Shown here: piece after piece, positions 1-12,300 of the stretch
Numbering within the stretch: position 1 is the stretch's first letter
How the letters are laid out: each line of letters opens with the position of its first letter
From: Enoplolaimus lenunculus
Lineage: Eukaryota
Direction of reading: 5' to 3'
Assembly: GCA_030248215.1 (NCBI GenBank)
Contig: JASANG010000245.1
Span: 62,001 to 126,000 of the forward strand
Length of the DNA: 64,000 nucleotides
Notes under the pieces: generated by a model
Databases searched by the model: none
The model's input: only the letters and a program-made list of their open reading frames with translations
What the model was told of the DNA's origin: nothing
Translations under genes and position numbers: made by a program

Positions 1-310
1 TACATAAACCGGACAAGCTATTGATGTTCTTTAGGGAGCAGCTGCAGGTATTTTCAAAGGAACGTCCCGATTACCCAATCACATTACAAGTGCAACAAAT
101 TCAAGTGACTTGCAACTGCGTTCACATGTGCGAATTAAATTCAATAGCATGAACTCCACTGAATTATTTTGCAGCTGCAAGAACTTCAGAACTGCATTGT
201 GAACAGAATTGCGCGTGCAAGTTACACGTGCAATTTTTTTTGCAGCAAAAGCTTGCACGTTTGAATATGGCGTCAATTCAGAAATGACTGAAAAGCCAAA
301 TGACGTTTAC

Positions 311-3300
311 TTGAACGAATAATTCCAAAATGCGCATCGCGGATTGAACGCGTCATCCGATACGATATGTGGCAACTCAATTGTTACTCGTTCGTTTTCG
401 GGCAACTCAAAACTGTCTCCAAGTTGAATTCTATTCAGCGATTGCGGTTCGAATATTGTAGTTCCGATGATTTGGGAATTAACGATAGTTGCATCGCTGA
501 AAAACCCCAAGTTTAAACACTTTGGCTGGGTTTCTGAAATCTTACTGAAGTATTTACTTAAGTTTTGCTTATTAGTAATTACACAACCAAAGAAACACCA
601 AATATCGGCTATTGCCATCACAAGGAACTAATAGTTTTGCTTTATATTAAACAGACATCATGAGTCTACAACCTCAATTAGACCAAGGTTAGTGTGCCTG
701 AGCGGTTAATTTGTAGTATAACAAATTTAATCAGCGACTTAAGTATTTATACTTAACGGAAACCCAGCCTTTATCACGCAATGTACGTGCTGATAGTCAC
801 GTTTTTAATACTGTAAATTTTGAATTCTAACTTAAATTCACAAAAATATTCAAATACGTACACTCTACGTGTAAAACAATGTTACAAGCACCCGTTGCAT
901 TTAAATACCAAAGCTAGTCAAATGCCGACTCCGTCGGACCACGGGCAAAACAGTAGTATAAAACAACGAGGAATTTGTAATTTCTTAAAATAACAAAAAT
1001 TTATTGTTGAAAACTCGGAAAGCGCAAGGCAATTCATATCAGCACGAGTGAATAATCGCTATTTAACAAAAATGCGCAACTGGGCACATTCTGTGTAGAA
1101 AAGAATATACTCGGCACGCGTCGCGTTTTTTCCAACCTCCCTTTATTTAGGAGGGGCGCAACCGGTGCGAACCATGACACTTTATCTAGGCGGCGTTATA
1201 CATACTCCCGTTATAGTTTAATTTAGGGGTATCTTAGTGATAGCGCCCCAACCTCTAACATGGAGGAGTCGGTCAAAAACGCAACACCCGGTGGTACATT
1301 TTATATCATGCGGGACTCCAAGAGTCAAAAACGCAACACCCGGTGGTACATTTTATATCATGCGGGACTCCAAGAGTCAAAAACGCAACACCCGGTGGTA
1401 CATTTTATATCATGCGGGACTCCAAGAGTCAAAAACGCAACACCCGGTGGTACATTTTATATCATGCGGGACTTCAAGAGTCAAAAACGCAACACCCGGT
1501 GGTACATTTTATATCATGCGGGACTCCAAGAGTCAAAAACGCAACACCCGGTGGTACATTTTATATCATGCGGGACTCCAAGAGTCAAAAACGCAACACC
1601 CGGTGGTACATTTTATATCATGCGGGACTCCAAGAGTCAAAAACGCAACACCCGGTGGTACATTTTATATCATGCGGGACTTCAAGAGTCAAAAACGCAA
1701 CACCCGGTGGTACATTTTATATCATGCGGGACTCCAAGAGTCAAAAACGCAACACCCGGTGGTACATTTTATATCATGCGGGACTCCAAGAGTCAAAAAC
1801 GCAACACCCGGTGGTACATTTTATATCATGCGGGACTCCAAGAGTCAAAAACGCAACACCCGGTGGTACATTTTATATCATGCGGACTCCAAGAGTCAAA
1901 AACGCAACACCCGGTGGTACATTTTATAGCATGCGGGACTCCAAGAGTCAAAAACGCAACACCCGGTGGTACATTTTATATCATGCGGACTCCAAGAGTC
2001 AAAAACGCAACACCCGGTGGTACATTTTATATCATGCGGGACTCCAAGAGTCAAAAACGCAACATCCGGTGGTACATTTTATATCATGCGGGAATCCAAG
2101 AGTCAAAAACGCAACACCCGGTGGTACATTTTATATCATGCGGACTCCAAGAGTCAAAAACGCAACACCCGGTGGTACATTTTATATCATGCAGGACTCC
2201 AAGAGTCAAAAACGCAACACCCGGTGGTACATTTTATATCATGCGGGACTTCAAGAGTCAAAAACGCAACACCCGGTGGTACATTTTATATCATGCGGGA
2301 CTCCAAGAGTCAAAAACGCAACACCCGGTGGTACATTTTATATCATGCGGGACTCCAAGAGTCAAAAACGCAACACCCGGTGGTACATTTTGTATCATAC
2401 GAGAGACGCTAGGAGTTGCACACTCTTGTAATGATCCACTCTTGGTATAAGCAAAAGCGTATACAGTCGTTTGTTTGCAAATATACTCGGTCCATATATT
2501 TTTTTGAACTCACATGGTTCAGTTTAATTACTCAAATTTCCCCAAAAGTTGCTCATCGCTTACGTTATGTTCATATCTGCGTTCAATACAGAGTCGTTAT
2601 TTGTGATTGGTTTCAACAAGCGGTTCATATTTCGAGTGTACAAGTAATATGTGATTTGAACTGAATGTTGAGTTTCAATTAAGGTTCGAACCGTTGATTT
2701 GTGGATTTGTGACGATCTTGCAGTGTTCGATTGGGCCTTGCTTGCTAAGAATGCTTAAACATTTAATTGTTATGCAATAAAATATACAATATCTCTCAGC
2801 GTCAAATTCCATTGTACGATGAGGATCTACATGGTGCATCGCTGTACACTGCAAAAAAATGGTGAGTCAAATTGACTGTCTCCGAAATAGGCTCTACGGG
2901 ACTATACACAAACGGAGTCAAATTCAACTCTGCCAGAGTCCAATTTCGACTCAATGTGTCGCATGTTTGACTGTGGCTGAGTCGTATTTGACTTTGTTTG
3001 TGTAGTCCCGTAGAGCCTATTTCGGAGAGACTCAATTTGACTCACCGTTTTTTGCAGTGTACTTCTTCAAGAAATTTTGGCGTGAAAGTCAGTTCTTCTA
3101 ATGATAGTCTATTTCATCAAACCACCTGACCGTTGAGACTTATAAGCAGTTTTTAAAATCACTTTGAAAACACAGAGGTGCACGCTGTTTTATAAATGCA
3201 TACACCCCCCTGCTACCTGCACCATTGCACCCTTGTCACTGATTGTGCCCTGTGCTTTACAGCAGCATGTTCTACTGTATATCGGTGTACCAACGCACTC

Positions 3301-6300
3301 TTTTCTATACCACTCCGGCTTTAAGTTTCAAAACATTTTTTATTTCTAAATATTTAGACGTCCATCTGACTAAAATGTTGACGTGATAGTTCGTCACAAC
3401 TGATTCGTCCCAATGAAACGCCAACACGAATATAAGCTTACAATTACGTCTAAGATCCGGAAGCATTATTCGAGCGTAGTTACCATCTTCATTGTAGTCG
3501 TGGTTGGAAAACACGTTGCGGTTATCATCGGAATGCCTTGACCGAGGCCAAACGTAGATTTTGTTGCGATATGACGCATATTGAGGATCTTGAGTATTAC
3601 CAGATTTTTCATTCGATCCGTCGTTGTCTGGCAATAAAGGAATCGTATGAAATGCCAAACCTGAAAATTGTTAAATAGCCTTTAAATTGGTGGCCAATAT
3701 TATTTTTAGGGGTGTAACAGTAGATTAAGCGTATTTTTAAGCCTAAGCCTAAGCGTTGCAAAAGCGCATTCCTAAGCCTAAGCGTAAGCCTAAGCACAAA
3801 AATGTAGTCTTGAATGTAAACCTATTCTTTTAAAGACCCACTAGAAACCTGGACGTCCCTTAAAGTAACATGGGCCAAATTGGTGGTACATTTTGAAGAT
3901 ACTGTTTGTGTCGTGTCCGCTGCAACAGCCGCTGACAAAGTTAGAGATATCCGAGCATATCAAGCCATTTGCTTTGAATCGTATTTTACCCGTACGTCAA
4001 AACATAGCTGTTATCGAACGCCTTTAACAGATACCGTTCCAGAACTCTTAGAGATTTTACGTGGGCAAAAATATTTATGCAAATTTAAGAGAAATGAACC
4101 TAGGATGTCCAAATTAAGACCAAAGCTGCTTTTTGGGCCATGTCCATTAAACATTTTTCTAAGATTAAACCTAAAGCCTAAAGCGTTGCAAAAAGTGTAA
4201 ATCTAAGCCGAAGCCTAAGCCTAAATCAACGTAACAAATATAGTTTAAAATCAATATCCCAATCTTCTGGAATCTCGCCAGAAATGAGACGACGGCCCTA
4301 AAAGTAACATTAGCCGAAATTATTGTGATGAACTAGAAGAATAGGCGATTATTTCAACGCTTTGAATGTTAGTCAAATGCATAAGGCGATATGAGATCAT
4401 GCTAGAAAATAGCCAAATCTTAAGTTTCCTCAAACAATTGTGATTTTAGTGCACGCAAACGCTAAAACTCCGCACGTAACATATAATGAAACATTAACAC
4501 GGTCACAAACGTCAAATTCAATGTTTGCTAATGGTCACCATTACGGCCCATGTATAGAACACGGCCGGAACAGTAGTATAAGCATATTCCTAAGCCTAAG
4601 CCTAAGCCTAAGCGTACGCTTAAGCCTAAGCCTAAGCCTAAGCCTACGGTTAAGCCTAAGCCTAAGCCTAAGCCTAAGCGTATGGATGAGCCTATTCTAA
4701 GCCTAAACCTAAACAAAAAAATTAGTCTAAAGCTTAAACTGACTCTATTATAGCCCCTCCGGAAAACGATCCGGCCCTGTTCTATACATGTGCCGAACTT
4801 ACGGAAATTTTCAAATTGCATTTCGTGTTCCGGGTTCAACTCAAGTTGATGTCCGTCATACTGCGAAGCGATTTGCGCTGAATGTTCCATGCTTATCATC
4901 AAATGTGAAGCTTTTCGAGACCGTTCAGTCTGCAACAGGCAAAGATTAGTCATTTCATTGTGCAATTATTTGCCAGCCAATATAGTCGATATATTCAACA
5001 GTATTTCTTATTCTTTTCATTTGTAAGCAACAAAATAAGGCAGAAATTAGCTACGGTCAGCGCTCTGAGGAACGCCTTCTAACAATCGTAGTTACTAAAA
5101 CACGTACACTCTTTACATCTGTCAATAAGATTTGATGCCGTATGCTTTAAACATTCAACAAGGTTTAGAGATTTCAAAACGTATCCGCGCTTTAAATTGG
5201 CTAATTTCAAAAAATACAAAATTTTGACTTTCCAGGGTTGTTACGAGTCGTCAGGGTTGGAACCGACCAGGGCCCGGGCTCATCACCCTCGGACTCGTTT
5301 CCATGCAAAACGTCCAACCGAATAGCAGGAAAACAATTTTAGACCAATGTCCAGGGTTTGCGTGCGTATTTTGTGTGTACTGAGTGACGGATTTGGGCCA
5401 GACCTCAGATATAATGTGATAAAATTTAACTGTTACAATTCTGAATGGTTTGAAGTTTGGCCAACCAATAAATCCTACCAAAAACCAAAGAGAATCAAAC
5501 TTGATTTGAAAAATGCCCTCATGTTATCGATGCGTATACAAGCTAATTACGCAGTCAATAAATATATTAAACACTATTAAGACGTAGGCTCTGGCAAAGG
5601 GAACTGCTGCGATATATTTCGGCTGGCGGCCGCATTGGCCCAGTTTGGCCAGCGGGTCCAAAATGAAAGCTTGGACCCGATCTGCAATTTATGCATGATC
5701 ATAGAGTATTTACAGTGGATTCATATTTTACACAATAATTTTATTAATTCCAAATCAAGCACGGTAGACAACATATTTCAGTACGAGCAAATTGTAAGCG
5801 TAGTCCGCTATTAGGAGGCTCTGATCAGCTCCGAATTTCCGTAATTGGTAAAGCAAACGGGGAAGCATCCACAGCCTAATTTACCCATTTTCAGTCTGGT
5901 AGGAATCGGGACTTCAGACGTTCGTTAAGTAACTGGAAAGGCGGGTTATGGGTGGTTTCGATCTAGCGACCTCAAAATTTTGAGCCAAGGCTGTACCACT
6001 GCGTCGCGTAGCCCCCTTTTCCAGCACACTTATTATAGCCCTATTCACACGTGCAAGTTTTTTGCCGCGAGAACTTGTAGCTGCAACTTGCACTTGTAAG
6101 TTTTGTCCAAATTCCAGTTTGAAAAACTTGCAGCTGCAAATAAATTATTAAAAGTCATCGCTAGCAATTTTGTTCACATATGTGAACAACCGTACAAGTT
6201 CACTGAATTCATTGCAGCTGGTTTCTCATTGGCTGGTGAAAAAATGCAAGTTCTGCGTGCAATTTGCAGCTGCAAGTTTTCGCAGCAAAAATTTGCACAT

Positions 6301-9300
6301 GTGAATAGGGCTTTAGACTGAAGCAAACGTCACCTGTGAAATACCTTTCCACAATGCCATATTATCGTTTTCGAGAAGCATACTTGTCGTATGGCCAACC
6401 ATCTAAATTCATTAATATAAATTCAATCCGTACAAAATTTGTCCTATGTATAGAACAGGGTCGGAGCAGTAGTATACGAATTTTCTTAGGCCTAACCCTA
6501 AGAATAAGCTTATATCTATAAGCCTAAGCCTAAACCTACGATTAAGCCTAAGCAAAAAATTGGTCTAAAGCTTAAGCGTGCTCTATTCGAGACCCATAGA
6601 AAAACGGGCCAATGTTACTTTAAGGCGTGTAACAGTAGATTAAGCGTATTCTTAAGCCTACGCCTAAGCCTAAGCGTTGCAAAAATGAGTCCCTAAGCCT
6701 AAGCCTAAGCCTAAACCTAAGCCTAAGCCTAAGCAAAAGCAATGTAATCTAGAATCTAAACCTACTCTTTTACAGACCCACCAGAAACCTGGACGCCCCT
6801 TAAAGCAACATGGGTCCACAAACGTTCCGTCTTGATCTTTCTATGCGCACAAAAAATAATTATTTGTGATATAAAACCGCACTGGTGCATCCTAAATCAG
6901 GTTATGATTTGAACTGCAAGTTTCTTCTCAGAATGCTAGAAACGGTATAATTCGTTAAAATTACAAAACTTTAACGCTGAGCGTGAGATATTTGAAGGAA
7001 ATTAAAGCCTACCAAGACGATCAAAAAACAACTCTTACTTAAGTACTTATTTTGTAGCCCGTTTAAAACACGTGTACGTGTGAGCAACAGTTCGCATATT
7101 ACACTGCAAAAAATGGTTAGTCAAATTGACTCGCTCCGAAATAGGCTCTACGGGACTACACAAACTGAGGCAAATTCGACTCCGCCAGACTCAAATATGC
7201 TACTTAGTGAATGGAATTTGACTCTGGCGGAGTTCAGTGTGACTCTGTTTGTGTAGCAAAGCCTATTTCGGAGAGAGTCAATTTGACTCACCATTTTTTG
7301 CACTGTTGTCGCATTCAGCGCTCACAGTTTGGGCTGAATTTACTTCTGGTGCGCTGCAGGCAGGAAAACGGGTACGTAATCAAATTAACGCCCGTTGCAT
7401 TGCGATTGCGAGTTGTGACAAAGACAAACCTGAGCAAATTTCAGCGAACGCTTTTGTTTTTGACGGTGTTTCAACGATTTTGCATTTCGTAACTGAATAT
7501 TTTCCAGTTGCACGCAGTCAGCAATTAATTCTACGACTTGTTTTAACCGATGCGAACTCATTGGTAATTTGAAATCATGGAATCCGCTTGCGAGTTCCAG
7601 TTTCGCTTCTAAATCGTCCATGACATCAAACGCATTGTCGCGAGCACGAACCTATAGCATAGTTATAAGGGCCAATGTACGGAACAGGGGTGAAACAGTA
7701 TTATAAACATATTCCTAAGCCTAAGCCTAAGCGTAAGAATGAGTTTGTACCTAAGCCTAAACCTAAGCGTAAGAATGAGTTTGTACCTAAGCCTAAACCT
7801 AAGCCTAAGCCTAAGCGTAACAATGAGTTTATTCCTAAGCCTATGCTTAAACCTAAGTGTAACATTCCGCATATTCCGAAGCCTTAGCCTAAGCCTAAGT
7901 CTAAGTGTAAGAATGAGTTTATACCTAAGCCTAAGCCTATGCGCAAGAACGAGCATATTCATAATCCTAAGCCTAAACCAAGCAAAAAAATTAAAGCATA
8001 AGTTTACTCTATTGCAGTCCCACAGAAAAACGTTCCGCCCCTGATTTTTACACGGTCTCTCCTTTTAATTCGAGTCAAAGGTAATGAAATATTTTTATTT
8101 TAATAAAAAATAATTTCTAAGACAATTCTAATTGCGATTTCTGTTTCAATCTTCCATGCGATTTTACAAAATAGCATACACCCGATGTGCATGTAGCTAA
8201 TATTCACACTGACAAAAAGTTTACAGTGCCCGATCAGGCTTAAGAACTCCCCCTAGAAATAGCGGAGTGGATGCCCCTTTCGCTGATCCCAATATGTTCC
8301 AAATTTAAGGTTTAAAATCTTGTGAACGTGGGGGTCGTCTTTGGGGGTGTCCCCGTGCCCAAACGGGAGGTATGGGTAGTGGCTGCTCCGGCCCTGAAAG
8401 TTTAACTTCAGTTTCATGTATTGCTTAAACTTTCTACCCGCTGTTTGAGGTCTTCGACCCAATCGCTGTGTATTGGAGTACACGAAGATTGATCTGGTTG
8501 CGCAGGCCAGTATTGAACCACTCGTCCAACTGATGTACACTTCCATCGCGCTTTTCCTAGAGATAAAATTGCGGACCCATGCATAGAACAGGGCCGGATC
8601 GTTTTTTGGAGGGGATGCAATAGAGTCCGTTTAAACTATAGACCAATTTTTCTCTGCTTAGGCTTAGGCTTAGGCTAAGGCTTAGGAATAGTCTCATCCA
8701 TACGCTTAGGCTTAGGCTTCGGTTTAGGCTTAGGCTTACGAATAGTCTCATCCATAAGCTTAGGCTTACGCTTAGGCTTAAAAACAGACTCATCCTTACG
8801 CTTAGGCTTAGGCTTAGGCTTACGCTTAGTCTTAGGAACAGACTCATCCTTACGCTTAGGCTTCGGCTTAGGCTTAGGCTTACGCTTAGGAACAGACTCA
8901 TCCTTACGCTTAGGCTTAGGCTTAGAAATAGGCTCATCCTTACGCTTAGGCTTAGGCTTAGGCTTAGGAATATGCTTTATACTACTGTTCCGGCCGTGTT
9001 CTATACATGGGCCAAATTACACAACACACCGAACTCTGATAACGCCAACACAGGCAAACGGCAACACCGTTAAAGCAGCATGGGTGAAGACCTTGCGGCG
9101 ACAAATGAGATTATGAATAAGTTTACGAACGGTGGTACAAGGCGAGAAACGTGGCTTATCAGTTGAAAATAGTTAAATACAAGGGTCAAAATGACATTAA
9201 AAACACTTCTTGTGAACTAAAACATACGGTGTGTTGTTTACCGTACCGCTATTTCGTTGAAGTAACATTTTTAACGGTTATTTGTGTACCAAAAGAAATG

Positions 9301-12300
9301 TCAATTAAACGTAAGCCTAAGTGTCTACACTGCAAAAATGGTGAGTCAAATTGACTCCGTGTGAAATAGGCGTTACTGGACTACACAAACTGAGTCAAAT
9401 TCGACCCCGACCATTGCAAATGGTGAGTTACATTGACTCTGTGTGAAATAGGCGTTACTGGACTACACAAACGGGTTAGTCCCGCCCGCCATGGCGGGGG
9501 GTCATTCGGGGCCCGCACTCAGGAATAGAGTTTACGTTCACATTGCCGAGTTTAATTAGTAAAATGAGTCTAGAATTCCAAAGTTACAGTCTGTCTGCCA
9601 AAATAACATTTGAACCATCCGTAAAATATTTTTTAATTCATAGCATGTCGGACAGAAATTCCTCGACCTTTTTCGGGGTACCCACTAAGCGCCTGTCCAC
9701 AGTAATCTTCAACTTATGGTTTGTTGCATGCAAACGCCCATGTTACTGTAAGAAGCGTCCATGTTTCTGTTGGCTCTATAAAACAGTATGTTTAGATTAT
9801 AGATTACATTTGTTTGCTTCGGCTAAGATTTAGGCTTAGGTTTAAGAACTCATTTTTTGGCAACGCTTAGGCTTAGGCTTAGGAATACGCTTAATCAACT
9901 GTTACGCCCATAAAAGTAACATTGACTCGTGCAAACCAGTTTTACCCGCTTGTCCCTTTGAACATGGAGCAACGGCGATATGATTCTCTCGCGTTGTTGG
10001 CCAAGTAATACCGTTTTTTGTAATGGGACCACAGTATCGTATAATATTAATAGGTGGAATTGGATTAATAACCGGAACTCGATCATGTGACGGTCGTTCG
10101 ATGCTGCGCGTTTGTGTTGTAAGGTACTGTTTCATTGTTGTTGTTGTTGTTGTTGTCATTGTTGTTGTTTTGGTGATTTTCTTTGCAGTCGATGTTACAA
10201 ATGCTGTTTGGCCTTGTAAATCATACGAATTAGGATTTGGCGATGTTTTCAATATTCGTTGTCTGAAATTTGTCACTGCAAAAAAATAGTGAGTCAAATT
10301 GACTCGCTCCGAAATAGGCTCTACGGGTCTACACATGCTGAGTCAAATTCGACTCCGCCAGAGTCCAGTTCGAGTCATTGAGTCGCACATATGACTATAG
10401 CAGAGTCGAATTTGACTCAGTTTGTGCAGTCCCGTAGAGCCCATTTCGGCGAGAGTCAATTTGGCTCGCCATTTTTTGCAGTGTATATTTATTAACGAAA
10501 TGCAGGGTGGTTAACGAATTGAAAAATCACGGAACCGGACAATGATCAAAATAACGAAAACGCGTAAACTATTATTGAAGTACAAAAAGTTTTAGAGATG
10601 TTTTATTTTTCTGGCAACACAATCGGGACATGCAAGTATTCACCGGGTTTTCTAAAATTAATAAAAAAGGATGGATGAACCGAAATTTTTAATATTATGA
10701 TTAAATTTCGTAATTTTTAATTCATTTTGAACAATTGTAGCATACCATTAATGAAAAATTGCGAGTTATATACGTGAATTATAATTAATTTTCAGCGTAA
10801 AAATACCGGAATTTCCGGTATTTCAATTACGGTTGTGAACCAGCCAATCACTCAGTTTATTTTGCTCAAAAGTTGATTTCCATACTTCCTTTGTTTGAAG
10901 TTATTTATTTATAACCCGCCATCCGCTCCCTTTTGTTAGTTGGACCTAAACACCCATCTCTAATGTCATTCTCTCTTTTGGGCAGGACTGACCTTCTACA
11001 GCATTTTTGTTGGTTGCCATGTCCGTTATTATATCTGGATTATTTAATAAAATTTACACGGGAAGTTGGTACCTGTGAGTTATAAATTTGACCAGTATAG
11101 AATTAGAAATAATTGACATTTTTGAACACTAATTAGGGTTTAGGGACTCAATTCGCTTACGCACTCTTATTAGCGGTACGAACTCCTATTGATTGGGACT
11201 CAAAATGAGGATTCCCTCTTATAACCCCGGATTATTCGGGTCACTACAGTAAAAGCAATTTTAAGACCTAAACAACCTCGCGAAACGCTTTACCCGGTCC
11301 TTGAGTTTATATGCGCGAAGCTAACATTCATTGTTTCGACTGTCGTCAGCTGAATTGTAGTTTGTTGCAGTTGCGCCGATGTCGAATACGTATCGCTGCG
11401 ATCACCGTTTGCAACTGTGGTTATTTCAACAACTGAAGGCTTCGTTTGTTGCTTTTTCGGTTTTGGAAAAAATGTTGACAGACTAAAATTGTAAGGATTA
11501 ATAGTGTTCCGCTATAGCTGCCACGTAGGTGAAAGGCTACAGACAAAAATGTGAACCCAACTGTCGTTTGGTACCTTGGCCAGTGTATAGAACAGGGCCG
11601 GATCGTTTTCTGGAGGGACTATAATAGAGTCAGTTTAAGGTTTTGACTAATTTTTTTGTTTAGGCTTAGGCTGTCTTAGGAATAGGCTCATCATACGCTT
11701 AGGCTTAGGCTTAGGTTTAGGCTTAGGCTTAGGCTTTTAGGCTTTGGAATACTAGTGACCAGAATAATAACAGCGGGTTCGGGGTCCCTAAAATTTATGG
11801 ATAATGTAAAAAAACAGGGGTGGAACAGTATTATAAGCATATTCCTAAGTCTAAGCCTAAGCCTAAGCCTAAGCCAAACAAACTCTAGTGACCAGAATAT
11901 TAACAGCGCGTTCGGGGTCCCTAAAAATTATGGATAATGTAAAAAACGGGTGGAACAGTATTATAAGCATATTCCTAAGCCTAAGCCTTAGGCTAAGCCA
12001 AACAAACTCGAGTGACCAGAATAATAACATCGGGTTCGGGGTCCCTAAAATTTATGGATAATGTAAAAAACAGGGGTGGAACAGTATTATAAGCATATTC
12101 CTAAGTCTAAGCCTAAGCCTAAGCCAAACAAACTCTAGTGACCAGAATATAAACAGCGCGTTCGGGGTCCCTAAAAATTATGGATATTGTAAAAAACGGG
12201 TGGAACAGTATTATAAGCATATTCCTAAGCCTAAGCCTAAGCCTAAGCCTAAGCCAAACAAAAATTTAGTCTAAAGCGTAAGCTTATTCTATTGCAGTCC

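Noticed and set aside
1237..2450. Long overlapping ORFs (230-396 aa) and a CRISPR-like appearance
   Set aside because: The ORFs come from a stop-free 52-bp tandem repeat in an intron, antisense to lat-2. The units are contiguous with no unique spacers, and there are no cas genes.
7663..8937. LRLRLR, SLSLSL, KPKPKP and GLGLGL ORFs here and throughout the window
   Set aside because: These are translations of (TTAGGC)n inside MITEs.
10993..11034. Possible 42-nt in-frame lat-2 microexon (CAG...AAG|GTCAGT, minus strand)
   Set aside because: Phase-compatible but not required and without homology support; needs RNA-seq.
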